A stretch of 54,850 bases of DNA from Verrucomicrobiales bacterium (GCA_005805305.1 SYMW01000029.1:1-54850); one strand, 5' to 3'. Counted from the stretch's first letter, positions 42,521 through 53,280 are shown. Program-made: numbers and translations. Notes: a model not told the origin generated them from the letters alone.

Positions 42521-42782
42521 CCTGGGCGCGTTCCCTGTTCCGCACTCGCGGTTGCTGCGCATACGAACGCCATCGCAACCCACTCACTCTGCCCCCATCC
42601 GGGCCGCAAAAAGCACAAGTCCGGAAGTTGACAAGCGCGCCCGGCGTTCTAAGTTAAGGAGCAGTCCGGGTGGCGGGACGTTTCTTCAGCGGCGTTCTCC
42701 ACGCCCACCTCCTTGGCGTCCGCTGCCCGGATTGTTCTTGCTCGAATCAATCAGCCTCTGCCCTCGAGGCTGCCGGTCGATA

Positions 42783-43832
42783 TTAAGATCCTTGAGCCAA
42801 GCCGACGTCGGACAGAGGCCACCGTGGCCTGGGGGCCTCGTCTTCGGCCACTCTCGCGCTCCCACTCCGCAGTTGTTGTTCGGCAAGAACTCCGATCATT
42901 CCGGCGTTGTCGCCGCATAAACTTGGCGGTGCCAGCCTCAAGACATACCCCCGCTCCGCGCATCCACGCCGCAACGCCGCCCGCAGACCGCTGTTGGCCG
43001 CCACCCCGCCGGAAATGGTCAGACACGGCGCGCCGAGGGCGTCGCACGCCCTCAACGCCTTGCAGGCCAGCACATCCACGATCGCCGCTTGAGCGGAAGC
43101 GCAGACGTTTCGCAGCTTGAGGGGGTCGCTCAGGGTATCAGGATGGTCTCGGACATGATAACGCACGGCTGTCTTCAAGCCGCTGAAGCTAAAATCAAAA
43201 TCGCCACTGCCGAGCATCGGCCTTGGAAACTTGATGGCTCCGGCATCCGCGCCTGAGGCGAGTCGATCCAAGTGAACGCCACCCGGGTAGGGCAAACCCA
43301 GCAGCTTGGCGATCTTGTCGAAACATTCTCCGGCGGCGTCATCCACCGTCATCCCCAAAACCCTATGCCGGAACATCCTTTCGACGAACACGAGCACCGT
43401 GTGCCCGCCACTCACGATCAAGGCCACGTGCGGGCTTATTTGAGACCAACGAGCCGTCAAAGGCTCTCCTTCGATCCAGGGAGAATACAAGTGCGCTTCA
43501 TGATGATGGACGGGGATAAAAGGCAACTGAAGCGCCAATGCGAGCCCTTGCCCCGCTTGAACGCCAGTCATCAACGCGTTGGGCAGTCCCGGGCCCAAGG
43601 TTGACGCGACTGCCGTCAACTCTTCCAATCGGATCCCGGAGGCTCGCAAGGCTTCGCGAGTCACCGGAAGCAGGTGGCGCAGGTGCTCGCGAGCCGCCAG
43701 TTCCGGGACGACTCCTCCATACTCGGCGTGGAGCGCCACTTGTGACGCCACCACGTTGGAGAGGATGACACAGTCGCGAACGACCGAAGCGCTCGTCTCG
43801 TCGCACGAAGTCTCAAATGCAAGAACGGCCAT
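42783..43832 (-). CDS. tsaD: tRNA N6-adenosine threonylcarbamoyltransferase
   Basis: VLAFETSCDETSASVV, metal-binding VHHHEAHLYSP, SGGHT, ISGGVAANSGLR. ATG at 43832; the track begins 5 codons earlier. Confidence 0.92.
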   Translation of the reverse strand: MAVLAFETSCDETSASVVRDCVILSNVVASQVALHAEYGGVVPELAAREHLRHLLPVTREALRASGIRLEELTAVASTLGPGLPNALMTGVQAGQGLALALQLPFIPVHHHEAHLYSPWIEGEPLTARWSQISPHVALIVSGGHTVLVFVERMFRHRVLGMTVDDAAGECFDKIAKLLGLPYPGGVHLDRLASGADAGAIKFPRPMLGSGDFDFSFSGLKTAVRYHVRDHPDTLSDPLKLRNVCASAQAAIVDVLACKALRACDALGAPCLTISGGVAANSGLRAALRRGCAERGYVLRLAPPSLCGDNAGMIGVLAEQQLRSGSARVAEDEAPRPRWPLSDVGLAQGS

Positions 43833-43957
43833 GTGCGTCCCCCCCAAAAAACCCGCGCCGCCTTTGGGCGAAGCGATTGTTAAACCCTTGTAGCGATCGC
43901 CTCGCCTGAATCATTAATCCATCGCCGCACATGTCCACCCAATTCGAGAAAGGCACA

Positions 43958-44848
43958 CTAGTGCGTCATGAGGTAAAAGATGATGTTGAAACCAAGAGGG
44001 TAATTTTTCTTCTCCGAAAACTCCCGGAAAAACCAGGGATCGGATCCCTCCTCCTCCCATCCGTCACCGTTGTCGGTGTTATGGCACAAAAACACCATGA
44101 TGCGATCCTTGTCATCGAAAATCGCCCTGAAGTGAATCTCCCGGGTGTTGCCTCCGAGATGGTTGTCTTCCCAGGTGACGCCCGTGCCCTGATTCGAGAC
44201 CGCGGATCGAAGATTGGAGGTTTGGAGCGAAAGGCTGTCCGGCAGATCGAACAGGAAATGAAAAATCTGATGGCTGCGGGGAACATCGACGATCTGGCGA
44301 TCCGGGAAGATCTTCTTCATGGCCAGAAAGACGCCGTCCCATTCCCTCTGGCCCCAGAAATCATCGACCATCATCGCGCCGCCGTTCAGCAAGTACTTGC
44401 GGAGCGTCGCCGCCTCCTCGTCCGTCAGAGTGATGTTCCCGGCCCCGCTCATGAACACCCAAGGGAAGCTGAACAACTCAGGATCGGCGATTTCCAGGAC
44501 CTTGGGCTCGGGATGCACTCTCAACGAAGAAAGTTGTTGCAGCCGATAGGAGAGATTCAGATCCGCGTCGGGATAGTCCGTGAACCACGCGTAGCTGGAT
44601 CGTTCCGGACGGCTCGAAGTGTACTTAAGCCGGGCGAATGTGAACACATCCTGCTCGAATCGCTCCGGCAGCGGCCAAGTGGGCACCCCGCCGCGATCGA
44701 TCGGGCCGGCGCTCACGGCCGAGCGGCGTCGACTCCACACCTGGGCAAAGGCGAGCCCCACGAAGCCCGCCAAACACACCAGTAAGAAAGCCTTCAGGAA
44801 CCTTTGGCGCCATCGGTTTCCCGGCTTGAAGAGGATCTCGGACTTCAT
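43958..44848 (-). CDS. DUF4159 domain-containing protein (paralog of 25822..26709)
   Basis: Shares FTFARLKYT, FTDYPDADLNLSYRLQQLS, LLNGGAMMVDDFWG, CHNTDNGDGWE and NIIFYLMTH with the first copy. Start taken at MKSEILFK... preceding the TM segment. Confidence 0.8.
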   Translation of the reverse strand: MKSEILFKPGNRWRQRFLKAFLLVCLAGFVGLAFAQVWSRRRSAVSAGPIDRGGVPTWPLPERFEQDVFTFARLKYTSSRPERSSYAWFTDYPDADLNLSYRLQQLSSLRVHPEPKVLEIADPELFSFPWVFMSGAGNITLTDEEAATLRKYLLNGGAMMVDDFWGQREWDGVFLAMKKIFPDRQIVDVPRSHQIFHFLFDLPDSLSLQTSNLRSAVSNQGTGVTWEDNHLGGNTREIHFRAIFDDKDRIMVFLCHNTDNGDGWEEEGSDPWFFREFSEKKNYPLGFNIIFYLMTH

Positions 44849-45234
44849 CGCCGGCCAGTGAAATCGCACTCGATACAATCGGCGCTTGGGGGCACGCCCC
44901 ACTCGGCGCATCCAAGATAAGGGCGCGGAAACGGCCTCGCCACTGTTCGGGCCAAGCGGCGCCTCGGCCGACGCCGCGGAATAGATTGAAACGCCGATGA
45001 CATCATGCTCGATTTGATTAGTAGCCAGGCGCTCCGATTAGTCCAGTCACAACGGCGAGGCCAGGGCAAAGAGCCGCACTCCCTGTGGATGCATGCGCGG
45101 ATCTCGACTGGAAAGGGTGGTTTCGGCTTGAGCACGGGAGAAAGACCAGCGATTGTATAAAGAATATCTCCAGGATCGCCCCGAGCCGTGGTTCAATTCA
45201 AGATGAGCCCCGATCCTTGGAATTCAAACACATC

Positions 45235-47970
45235 ATGCTGGGATGTCGAAAGAGAGCCCGCCGATGGGCGTCTGATCATCCGGTCGCGAATTCCGCCGTC
45301 CGCGCCGGCAGGCGGCCCGTTTTGGCCATATTTCTTTTTTCGTGGGCGGTTTTTCTTAATAGCGCGGCACTGGGCGCCCGCGGGGAACCGGACGGAAAGG
45401 CTCCCATTTTCGAATCAGAGGTGCGCCCCATCCTGAAGGCCTTTTGCTTTCATTGCCATGGGGAAGGCGAGAAACTCAAGGGAGGCGTCGATCTCCGGCT
45501 CAAACGCGCGATGCTGAGGCGCACGGATGAGGGAACCGTGCTCGTGCCCGGCAAACCCTCGGACAGTTTGCTCTACTTGCGCGCCGCGTCAGGCGAAATG
45601 CCGAAGGGAGAGAAAAAACTCGAACCGAACCAGATCAAAATACTGGAGCGCTGGATCGCCTCGGGGGCCAAGACGGCCCACCCGGAACCGGATTCTTTGC
45701 CGCCCGGATTTCATCTGACCGAGGACGAGAAAAACTTTTGGGCATTTCAGCCGCCCAAGTCCCCAAGGATCCCTAAAACGAGAATGAGCGATTCCGTCAG
45801 GTCGCCCGTCGATGCCTTCATCTTGGAGAAACTGCGGGGGAACAAGCTGCGATTTGCGCCGGAAGCGGACAAAACAACGCTTATCAGGCGGCTTTATCTC
45901 GACTTGACAGGGCTGCCTCCGACGCCGGAAGCCGTGGCGGCCTTCGTCGCGGACTCCTCCCCCAACGCCTACGAGTTGCTCGTGGATCGACTGCTCGAGT
46001 CGCCCCATTACGGTGAGCGATGGGCCCGGCATTGGCTGGATGTCGCAGGCTATGCCGATTCGAACGGATTCGCGGATGCCGACAGCGTCCGGGGGCACGC
46101 GTGGCGCTATCGGGATTACGTGATTCGTTCCTTCAACCAGGACAAGCCCATCGACCGATTCATCTCCGAGCAGCTTGCGGGGGACGAACTCGCGGCGCTC
46201 ACGGAGGCCAACGCCTCGGCGGGGATCACGGATGAAAGCCGGCTCGAGTTGCTGACGGCCACGGGCTTCCTGCGCCTGGCGCCGGATGGAACCGCCGACG
46301 AAGTTCCTGACCAGAACCTGGCTCGCAACCAAGTTGTGGCGGAAACCATCAAGATTGTTTCCTCCTCCTTGCTGGGCCTCACAACGGGGTGCGCCCAGTG
46401 CCATGATCACCGGTATGATCCCATCTCCCAAGAGGATTATCACCGCATGCGCGCCCTCTTCGAGCCTGGCATGGACTGGAAGAACTGGAAGAATCCAAAT
46501 CAACGCCTCGTTTCTCTCTACAAGGACGAGGACCGCAAGAAGGCGGAACAAATCGAAGCCGAGGCTCGCCAGCAAAACGAAGTGGCCGAGAAACTTCGCA
46601 AGGAATTGTTGGAAAAGGTATTCGAAAAAGAACTGGCTAAACTGCCCCAGGATGTCCGGGACAAAGCCCGGGTGGCGCGCAACACGCCCCGGGAAAAACG
46701 GACGGACGAGCAGCGCACGCTTTTGAAGCAGTATCCGAGCGCCGATGTCCAGGGATCCCTAGATCTCTACGATCCCGAGGCCCAAAAGAAAGTCAACGAG
46801 GAGAACGCCAAGGCCAGCAAAATCCGCGAGGCCAAGCCCGCGGAACCCATGTTGATGGCGTTCCTGGAGACGCCGGGACGCAGGCCCGAAACGTTCCTGT
46901 TCTCGCGCGGAGATCACGATCAGCCCAAGCATAAAATTGCGCCCGGCGAGTTCTCCGTGCTCGGGAATCGCACTCGGTTGGGCGAGTTTCTCGCGGCGGC
47001 CTCGTCCTCAACGAATCTGGCCACTTCCGGCCGGAGACTGGCCTTCGCCAATGGGTTGACAGAGGGAAACCATCCTTTGGCGGCTCGTGTGTTCGTGAAT
47101 CGCGTTTGGAAGCATCATTTCGGAAGAGGCCTTGTGGACACGCCCGGTGACTTCGGGCGCATGGGCGACCGGCCCACTCATCCGGAGTTGCTCGATTGGC
47201 TTGCGTCCCACTTCGTCGCGAGTGGCTGGAAACTGAAATCCCTGCACAAGCTGCTCGTCACCTCGACGGTCTACCGCCAATCCTCCGTGAGCCCAAAGTC
47301 GCTCGAACGCGATCCAGACAACCGTCTTTACGGGCGCATGAAACTGCGGCGTCTCGACGCTGAAACCCTGCGCGACGCGGTGCTCGCCGTCAGCGGCAAG
47401 CTCAACCCCGACATGTTTGGCCCCCCGATCCCCATTGCCCAGGACGGCTCGGGCCGGGTCGTGGCCGGACAGCAAAAAACCGACGGCAGGGGCGACCCCA
47501 CCATCGTGGAGCCAATCGGGGAACTCGAGTTCCGCCGCAGTATCTACCTGCAAACGCGGCGCAGCTTGCCGGTGACGGTGCTCGAGGTTTTCGACGCCCC
47601 GGTCATGTCGCCGAATTGCGAGGCGCGCCCCCTGACCACGGTGACCCCGCAGTCGCTGATGATGCTCAACGACACTTTCATCCTGGCGCAGTCCAGATTC
47701 TTCGCGGAACGGCTGTGCCTGGAGTTCCCGGGCGACTTGCGGGCGCAAATCAATCGCGCTTGGACGCTGGCCTTCTTGCGCGAGCCCGCCCCTTCGGACA
47801 TTGATCAGGCGCTGCTATTCATCGCCGAGCAAGGCGAAAGCATACGGGCAGCACAGGCGGCCAAGGCAGTTTCGCCAAAGCCAGATCCGAGGCCCGACAC
47901 TCAAACCTTGGCTCTCGCGAGCCTGTGCCAGGCCATGCTCTGCCAGAGCCGATTTCTTTACGTGGATTAA
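45235..47970 (+). CDS. PSCyt1 (CxxCH) + DUF1549 + DUF1553 protein
   Basis: CFHCHGEGEKLKGGVDLR, SPVDAFILEKL...LYLDLTGLPPTP, internal CAQCHDHRYDP, coiled-coil Lys/Glu-rich linker, LAARVFVNRVWKHHFGRGLV...HPELLDWLA. Start taken at ATG 45235 preceding the signal-like segment. Confidence 0.9.
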   Translation: MLGCRKRARRWASDHPVANSAVRAGRRPVLAIFLFSWAVFLNSAALGARGEPDGKAPIFESEVRPILKAFCFHCHGEGEKLKGGVDLRLKRAMLRRTDEGTVLVPGKPSDSLLYLRAASGEMPKGEKKLEPNQIKILERWIASGAKTAHPEPDSLPPGFHLTEDEKNFWAFQPPKSPRIPKTRMSDSVRSPVDAFILEKLRGNKLRFAPEADKTTLIRRLYLDLTGLPPTPEAVAAFVADSSPNAYELLVDRLLESPHYGERWARHWLDVAGYADSNGFADADSVRGHAWRYRDYVIRSFNQDKPIDRFISEQLAGDELAALTEANASAGITDESRLELLTATGFLRLAPDGTADEVPDQNLARNQVVAETIKIVSSSLLGLTTGCAQCHDHRYDPISQEDYHRMRALFEPGMDWKNWKNPNQRLVSLYKDEDRKKAEQIEAEARQQNEVAEKLRKELLEKVFEKELAKLPQDVRDKARVARNTPREKRTDEQRTLLKQYPSADVQGSLDLYDPEAQKKVNEENAKASKIREAKPAEPMLMAFLETPGRRPETFLFSRGDHDQPKHKIAPGEFSVLGNRTRLGEFLAAASSSTNLATSGRRLAFANGLTEGNHPLAARVFVNRVWKHHFGRGLVDTPGDFGRMGDRPTHPELLDWLASHFVASGWKLKSLHKLLVTSTVYRQSSVSPKSLERDPDNRLYGRMKLRRLDAETLRDAVLAVSGKLNPDMFGPPIPIAQDGSGRVVAGQQKTDGRGDPTIVEPIGELEFRRSIYLQTRRSLPVTVLEVFDAPVMSPNCEARPLTTVTPQSLMMLNDTFILAQSRFFAERLCLEFPGDLRAQINRAWTLAFLREPAPSDIDQALLFIAEQGESIRAAQAAKAVSPKPDPRPDTQTLALASLCQAMLCQSRFLYVD

Positions 47971-47984
47971 CCACCTTATTCCCC

Positions 47985-49430
47985 ATGAACCACTCAGATT
48001 TCTGCTCACGACGCCATTTCTTAAGAGCCAACGCCTACGGGCTGGGATCGCTCGCAGTGCCATGGCTGTTGCGAGAGGACGGCCTTTTAGCCGCGCCCGT
48101 GAAGCCGCACACGGGCCCTGTAAAATTCGATCTGACCCCGAAAACGCCTCCCTCCCCGGCCAAGGCCAAAGCAATGATCTCGCTCTTCATGATGGGCGGG
48201 CCGAGCCACATGGACCTGCTCGATCCAAAACCTCTCCTGGCGCGATACGACGGCCAACCATTCCCAGGAGACATCAAATTCGACAACGCCGCCGAGGCCA
48301 GCTCCAAAGTCTTCGCCAGTCCATTCCGGTTCCAGAAGCATGGACAGAGTGGAACTGAAGTCTCTGAATTGCTGCCGCATCTGGCGGGAATCGTCGACGA
48401 CATCACCGTCGTCCGGTCGATGCGCACGGGGGTCAACAACCACAGGGAATCGTTGTTCGCGGTGAACACCGGAAATTTTCGGGCGGGCCGGCCCGCTCTT
48501 GGAAGCTGGCTATGTTATGGCCTGGGATCGGCGACGCGGAATCTGCCCGCCTATGTGGCGTTGACCGATCCGCGAGGGCTCCCCCAGTTCGCCCAGGATC
48601 ATTGGAGCAGCGGATGGCTTCCGTCCATCTATCAAGGCACGCATATTCGCCCCGCCGAACCCCGCATCTTGAACCTCGATCCCGCGGAGCATTTGCGGGG
48701 AGCCAGTCAAGCGCGCCAGCTTGAATGGGTGCAGAAAGGCAATCGGGAACACCTGAGGGCACACCCAGGCGAGGACGATTTGGAGGCGCGCATCGCCACT
48801 TACGAACTCGCCGCGCGCATGCAAACCTCGGCGAAAGAAGCCCTTGACGTATCCGGTGAAAGCGAAGCCACCAAGAAGCTCTATGGGATCGACAAGGAAG
48901 CGACTCGAGATTACGGAACGCGCTGCCTCATCGCCCGCCGACTCGTGGAACGTGGAGTGCGATTCGTGCAGATCATTAATGTGGGCCAATCCTGGGATCA
49001 TCATGGAAGCCTCGTCACCGCGCTGCCGAAATCCTGCCAAGCCGTGGACCAGCCCTGCGCCGCGCTGGTTCAAGACCTCAAGTCGCGCGGTTTGCTGGAC
49101 TCCACGCTGGTGCATTGGGGCGGCGAAATGGGAAGGCTTCCCGTGGTGCAAAACGACACCGGGAGGGAGAAGGCGGGACGTGACCACAACACCTATGGAT
49201 TCAGCATCTGGCTGGCGGGCGGCGGCACTCGAGGCGGCTACGCCCACGGGGCGACCGACGAATGGGGCCAGCACGCGGTTCAAGGGGTGGTGCATCACTA
49301 CGATTACCTGGCCACGCTCCTCCACTTGTTCGGGTTCGATCACCAGCGCCTCGTCTACAAACGCAACGCCATCGAGACTCGCCTGACCGACAACCATCCG
49401 GCCCGGGTCGTGAAAGAATTGCTCGCATGA
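47985..49430 (+). CDS. DUF1501 domain-containing protein (Tat signal)
   Basis: SRRHFL twin-arginine motif, ISLFMMGGPSHMDLLDPKP, GRDHNTYGFSIWLAGGGTRGG. Starts 14 nt after the upstream stop. Confidence 0.92.
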   Translation: MNHSDFCSRRHFLRANAYGLGSLAVPWLLREDGLLAAPVKPHTGPVKFDLTPKTPPSPAKAKAMISLFMMGGPSHMDLLDPKPLLARYDGQPFPGDIKFDNAAEASSKVFASPFRFQKHGQSGTEVSELLPHLAGIVDDITVVRSMRTGVNNHRESLFAVNTGNFRAGRPALGSWLCYGLGSATRNLPAYVALTDPRGLPQFAQDHWSSGWLPSIYQGTHIRPAEPRILNLDPAEHLRGASQARQLEWVQKGNREHLRAHPGEDDLEARIATYELAARMQTSAKEALDVSGESEATKKLYGIDKEATRDYGTRCLIARRLVERGVRFVQIINVGQSWDHHGSLVTALPKSCQAVDQPCAALVQDLKSRGLLDSTLVHWGGEMGRLPVVQNDTGREKAGRDHNTYGFSIWLAGGGTRGGYAHGATDEWGQHAVQGVVHHYDYLATLLHLFGFDHQRLVYKRNAIETRLTDNHPARVVKELLA

Positions 49431-49529
49431 TTCATCAACACTTCCAACGCAATCGGGAGCATGGGGGCGTCGGACCCCATTCTTGCGCTCCGTGAACTCC
49501 AGGCGAAGGTCGCTCACGCAGACGTCGCA

Positions 49530-51707
49530 ATGAAGTGCTGGCAAACCGCGATTCTGTTCCTCGGCTTCGCGCTCATCCAGCCCGAGCTCACTGCAGCCGA
49601 TACCAATTGGTGGTCGCTCAAGCCGCTCCGTCCTGTCGAAGTGCCTCCAACAGCGGGAACCCATTCGCGGTGGGGCCGGACCCCCATCGATGCTTTCATC
49701 CTGCAGTCCCTCCAAGCCAAGCAGCTTTCCCCCGCGCCAGAGGCGGATCGAAGAACCCAAATCCGGCGAGTGACGTTTGATCTCACGGGACTCCCTCCCA
49801 CTCCAGAGGAAACGAAGGCTTTTTTGAATGACCCACATCCCGAAGCCTACGAACGCTTGGTCGACAATCTCCTGTCCTCGCCGCGATACGGCGAGCGTTG
49901 GGCGCGGCTTTGGATGGACGCCGCGCATTTTGCCGAAACACACGGCCACGATCAGGATCGAATCCGCACGAATGCATGGCCCTATCGGGACTACCTGATC
50001 TCGGCCTTCAATCGCGACACGCCCTATGCGCGATTCGTCAGGGAGCAGATCGCCGCCGATGCGCTCTATCCCGAGACCCCCGAATCCATACGCGCCTTGG
50101 GATTCATCGCCGCCGGTCCTTGGGACGAAAGTTCTTTGCGCGACATCCGCGAAGACACGATCGACCGCCAGATCGGGCGCTATTTGGATCGCGATGACAT
50201 GGTCACCACCGTCATGAGCACCTTCGCCAGCGTCACGGCGCACTGCGCGCGATGCCACGACCACAAATTCGACCCCGTCTCGCAAGCGGATTACTACGCC
50301 CTGCAGGCCGTGTTCGCCGGAGTGGACCGCGCCAATCGAGTTTACGACACCGATCCAAAGGTGCATCAGCACCGCCAAGCGCTCATGCGCGAACGCCGCG
50401 CCGTCAACGCCAAGGAACCTTGGGTTCTCGAGAAAATCGCCTCCTCGGATTTTCAGGGGAAAGTTCGCGAATGGGCCGCGGCCCGGCCTCCCGAGCCAGC
50501 TCGCGCCTCGGCGAGCGACAAGGACAAAGAGAAGGATCCAGTGGCTAAGATTCTGGAGAAACCGGAGGGCGCGAGAAGCGCGGATGAATCGATCGAGCTG
50601 GCAACCTACGTATGGAAACAACTCATCGAAGCGCAGCTGAAGAGGCTTCCCCAACCCTCCTACGTTTATGCCGCCGCGAACGACTTCACTCCGGACTCCA
50701 GCATGGTCCCTTCGGCGAAACCTCGCCCCGTCCATGTGCTGAAACGAGGCGACGTCTTGAAGCCGGAAGCGGTGGCGGGCCCGGGGTCCTTGACGTGTGT
50801 CTCGTGGCTGCCATCGAGGTTCCAGACCTCCGAAACGGTGGATGAATCGGTGCGCCGAGCCGAGCTCGCACAATGGCTCACCCACTCGCAAAACCCGCTC
50901 CTGTGGCGATCCATCGTCAACCGCGCATGGCATCATCATTTCGGCCGGGGCCTCGTTGATACGCTCAACGATTTCGGCCAAATGGGTTCCTCCCCAACGC
51001 ATCCCGAACTCCTGGATTGGCTCGCCGTCTGGTTTCGGGATCAAAATGGCTCGCTCAAAAAGCTCCATCGCTTGATTCTCACCAGCTCGGTCTACCGCCA
51101 GAACGCCTCCGGTCACGCCTCGAGCCGCGTTCTCGCTTCCCAGATCGATGCGGACAACCGCCTGCTGTGGCGCATGAATCGAACCCGTCTGGATGCCGAG
51201 TCGGTTCGGGACGCGGTGCTGCGATTCGCCGGGAGGCTGGACTTCCGCATGGGAGGACCCTCCGACCGGCAATTCGACATCAAGCCGGGAATCCACGTCA
51301 CACCCGCGGTGGATTACGCGAAATTCGACGTGGACGCGGAAGCCGGACGGCGGCGGGGTGTCTACCGGTTTCTCTTTCGGACGCTGCCTGACCCGATGAT
51401 GGAGGCATTGGATTGCCCGGCGGGCGACCAACTCACGCCTGTGCGCAATGTGACCGTCACCGCGCAGCACGCGCTTTCGATGTGGAACAACGTCTTTCTG
51501 CTTCGTCACTCCGATCACATCGCCCGGCTTATCGCCCAAGAGGAATCCGCGAGTTCGGCGCGGATTCATCGCCTTTACGAAACGGTGCTCAACCGGCCGC
51601 CGACGGCCCTGGAACTGCGGCGAATGTCGGGTTACACTCTAGAGCACGGGCTCGCGAATGCCTGCCGGCTGCTGCTCAACTCCAACGAGTTCATGTTTCT
51701 GAACTGA
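49530..51707 (+). CDS. DUF1549 / DUF1553 protein, no N-terminal cytochrome domain
   Basis: Signal MKCWQTAILFLGFALIQPELTAA. TPIDAFILQSLQAKQLSPAPEADRRTQIRRVTFDLTGLPPTP. Internal CARCHDHKFDP. LLWRSIVNRAWHHHFGRGLV...HPELLDWLA. Confidence 0.9.
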   Translation: MKCWQTAILFLGFALIQPELTAADTNWWSLKPLRPVEVPPTAGTHSRWGRTPIDAFILQSLQAKQLSPAPEADRRTQIRRVTFDLTGLPPTPEETKAFLNDPHPEAYERLVDNLLSSPRYGERWARLWMDAAHFAETHGHDQDRIRTNAWPYRDYLISAFNRDTPYARFVREQIAADALYPETPESIRALGFIAAGPWDESSLRDIREDTIDRQIGRYLDRDDMVTTVMSTFASVTAHCARCHDHKFDPVSQADYYALQAVFAGVDRANRVYDTDPKVHQHRQALMRERRAVNAKEPWVLEKIASSDFQGKVREWAAARPPEPARASASDKDKEKDPVAKILEKPEGARSADESIELATYVWKQLIEAQLKRLPQPSYVYAAANDFTPDSSMVPSAKPRPVHVLKRGDVLKPEAVAGPGSLTCVSWLPSRFQTSETVDESVRRAELAQWLTHSQNPLLWRSIVNRAWHHHFGRGLVDTLNDFGQMGSSPTHPELLDWLAVWFRDQNGSLKKLHRLILTSSVYRQNASGHASSRVLASQIDADNRLLWRMNRTRLDAESVRDAVLRFAGRLDFRMGGPSDRQFDIKPGIHVTPAVDYAKFDVDAEAGRRRGVYRFLFRTLPDPMMEALDCPAGDQLTPVRNVTVTAQHALSMWNNVFLLRHSDHIARLIAQEESASSARIHRLYETVLNRPPTALELRRMSGYTLEHGLANACRLLLNSNEFMFLN

Positions 51708-51720
51708 GCTCATTCGGTCC

Positions 51721-53229
51721 ATGAACCCCTTTCTTCATCGGTCCCAGTTTCAAAAGCCGCCGGATACACGGCGCTGGCTCTCACGCCGGGAGGCGCTTCA
51801 ACGGGCGGGCGGCGGCCTCGGCGCGGTCGCGCTGGCCCAGTTGCTCGGCCGCCAGGGGTTGCTGGCAGATCCTCCGAGGCGGGCGGGCGCCGTTTTCCCA
51901 GTCAAACCGGGTCTCAACGCAGGACCTCACTTCCCCGCCAAAGCCCGCCGAGTCATCCAGCTGTTCATGAATGGAGGCGCCAGCCAGATGGACCTCTTCG
52001 ACCATAAGCCCGAGCTCTTCAAGCGCCATGACCAGCCTTTCGACCCGGGTTCAGGAGTGCGGGTGGAAGCGGCCACAAGCGTGCCCGGAAAAGTGCTCAA
52101 GCCTGTTTTCGACTTCAAGCGGCATGGACAATGCGGCCGCTGGGTGAGCTCACTGCTGCCCCACCTTTCGGGGCACGTCGATGACATGGCCTTCTTCATG
52201 GCCATGACGTCCAAAACCAACGTTCACGGCCCGGGCAGCTTCATGATGAATACCGGGTTTCTGCTTCCCGGATTTCCATGTCTGGGCGCGTGGGCCAGCT
52301 ACGGTTTGGGAAGTCTTACCGATAATTTGCCCACGTTCGTGGTCCTCCCAGACACGAAGGGGCTCCCTTACAATCAAAAAGGGAATTTCACCGCGGGCTT
52401 CCTTCCTTCGAATCACCAAGCCACGATCATTCAAGCCAAGCCGGATTCCGGCGAATTCTCCTTGAACGACCTGAAGCGCGCCCAAAACTCAAATTACATC
52501 ACGGACAAAGCGGAACGGGACGGCCTTGCCTTGCTGCAACGGTTCAACCAGGAGCATGCGAGCCTAAATGACGCGGACCCCCAGCTCGAGTCCCGGATTC
52601 GCGCCTACGAACTCGCGGCCCGGATGCAAGTCAGCGCTCCGGAAACGTTCGATATCTCAAGCGAACCGGCTTCCATCCGTTCTCTGTACGGAATCGACGA
52701 CAAACCAACGAGTGACTTTGCAAGGCGCTGCCTGCTCGCCCGGCGCCTGATCGAGAGTGGAGTGCGATTCGTCCAAGTGTGGAGCGGCGCCGGCGGTGCG
52801 GCGGGCAACTGGGACAACCATGCGAACATCGAAAAGGAGCTTCCTCCCATGTGCGCGTCCACGGACAAACCGATCGCTGCCCTGCTGGCCGATCTCAAGT
52901 CCCGCGGGATGCTGGAAGACACGCTAGTGCTGTGGAACACGGAATTCGGGCGGATGCCGTTTTCCCAAGGATCCACGGGCCGGGACCATAATGGAGGCAC
53001 GTTCGTTGGCTGGATGGCAGGCGCCGGAGTCAAGGGCGGGGCGTCCTACGGGGAAAGTGATCCTTGGTCGTGGAAAGCCGAGCGCGACATCACTTATTGC
53101 TATGACTTCCACGCGACAGTGCTTCACTTGATGGGCATCCATCATGAAAAGCTCACTTTCCGCCACAACGGAATCGACAGACGCCTCACGGATGTCCATG
53201 GCGAGGTTGTCACGCAACTGTTGGCGTAG
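51721..53229 (+). CDS. DUF1501 domain-containing protein (Tat signal)
   Basis: SRREAL twin-arginine motif, IQLFMNGGASQMDLFDHKP, GRDHNGGTFVGWMAGAGVKGG. Starts 13 nt after the upstream stop. Confidence 0.92.
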   Translation: MNPFLHRSQFQKPPDTRRWLSRREALQRAGGGLGAVALAQLLGRQGLLADPPRRAGAVFPVKPGLNAGPHFPAKARRVIQLFMNGGASQMDLFDHKPELFKRHDQPFDPGSGVRVEAATSVPGKVLKPVFDFKRHGQCGRWVSSLLPHLSGHVDDMAFFMAMTSKTNVHGPGSFMMNTGFLLPGFPCLGAWASYGLGSLTDNLPTFVVLPDTKGLPYNQKGNFTAGFLPSNHQATIIQAKPDSGEFSLNDLKRAQNSNYITDKAERDGLALLQRFNQEHASLNDADPQLESRIRAYELAARMQVSAPETFDISSEPASIRSLYGIDDKPTSDFARRCLLARRLIESGVRFVQVWSGAGGAAGNWDNHANIEKELPPMCASTDKPIAALLADLKSRGMLEDTLVLWNTEFGRMPFSQGSTGRDHNGGTFVGWMAGAGVKGGASYGESDPWSWKAERDITYCYDFHATVLHLMGIHHEKLTFRHNGIDRRLTDVHGEVVTQLLA

Positions 53230-53280
53230 CGCCTTCGGATCAGTACTCGGGCTGACCCCCACCCCGATCGTGAACTCAGC

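Noticed and set aside
48510-51569. 1019-aa minus-strand ORF, the longest ORF in this part of the window
   Set aside because: It is entirely antisense to two well-supported plus-strand genes (DUF1501 and DUF1549/1553). Its composition is dominated by Arg/Gly/Pro/Ala with no motifs. This is a typical shadow ORF of GC-rich DNA.
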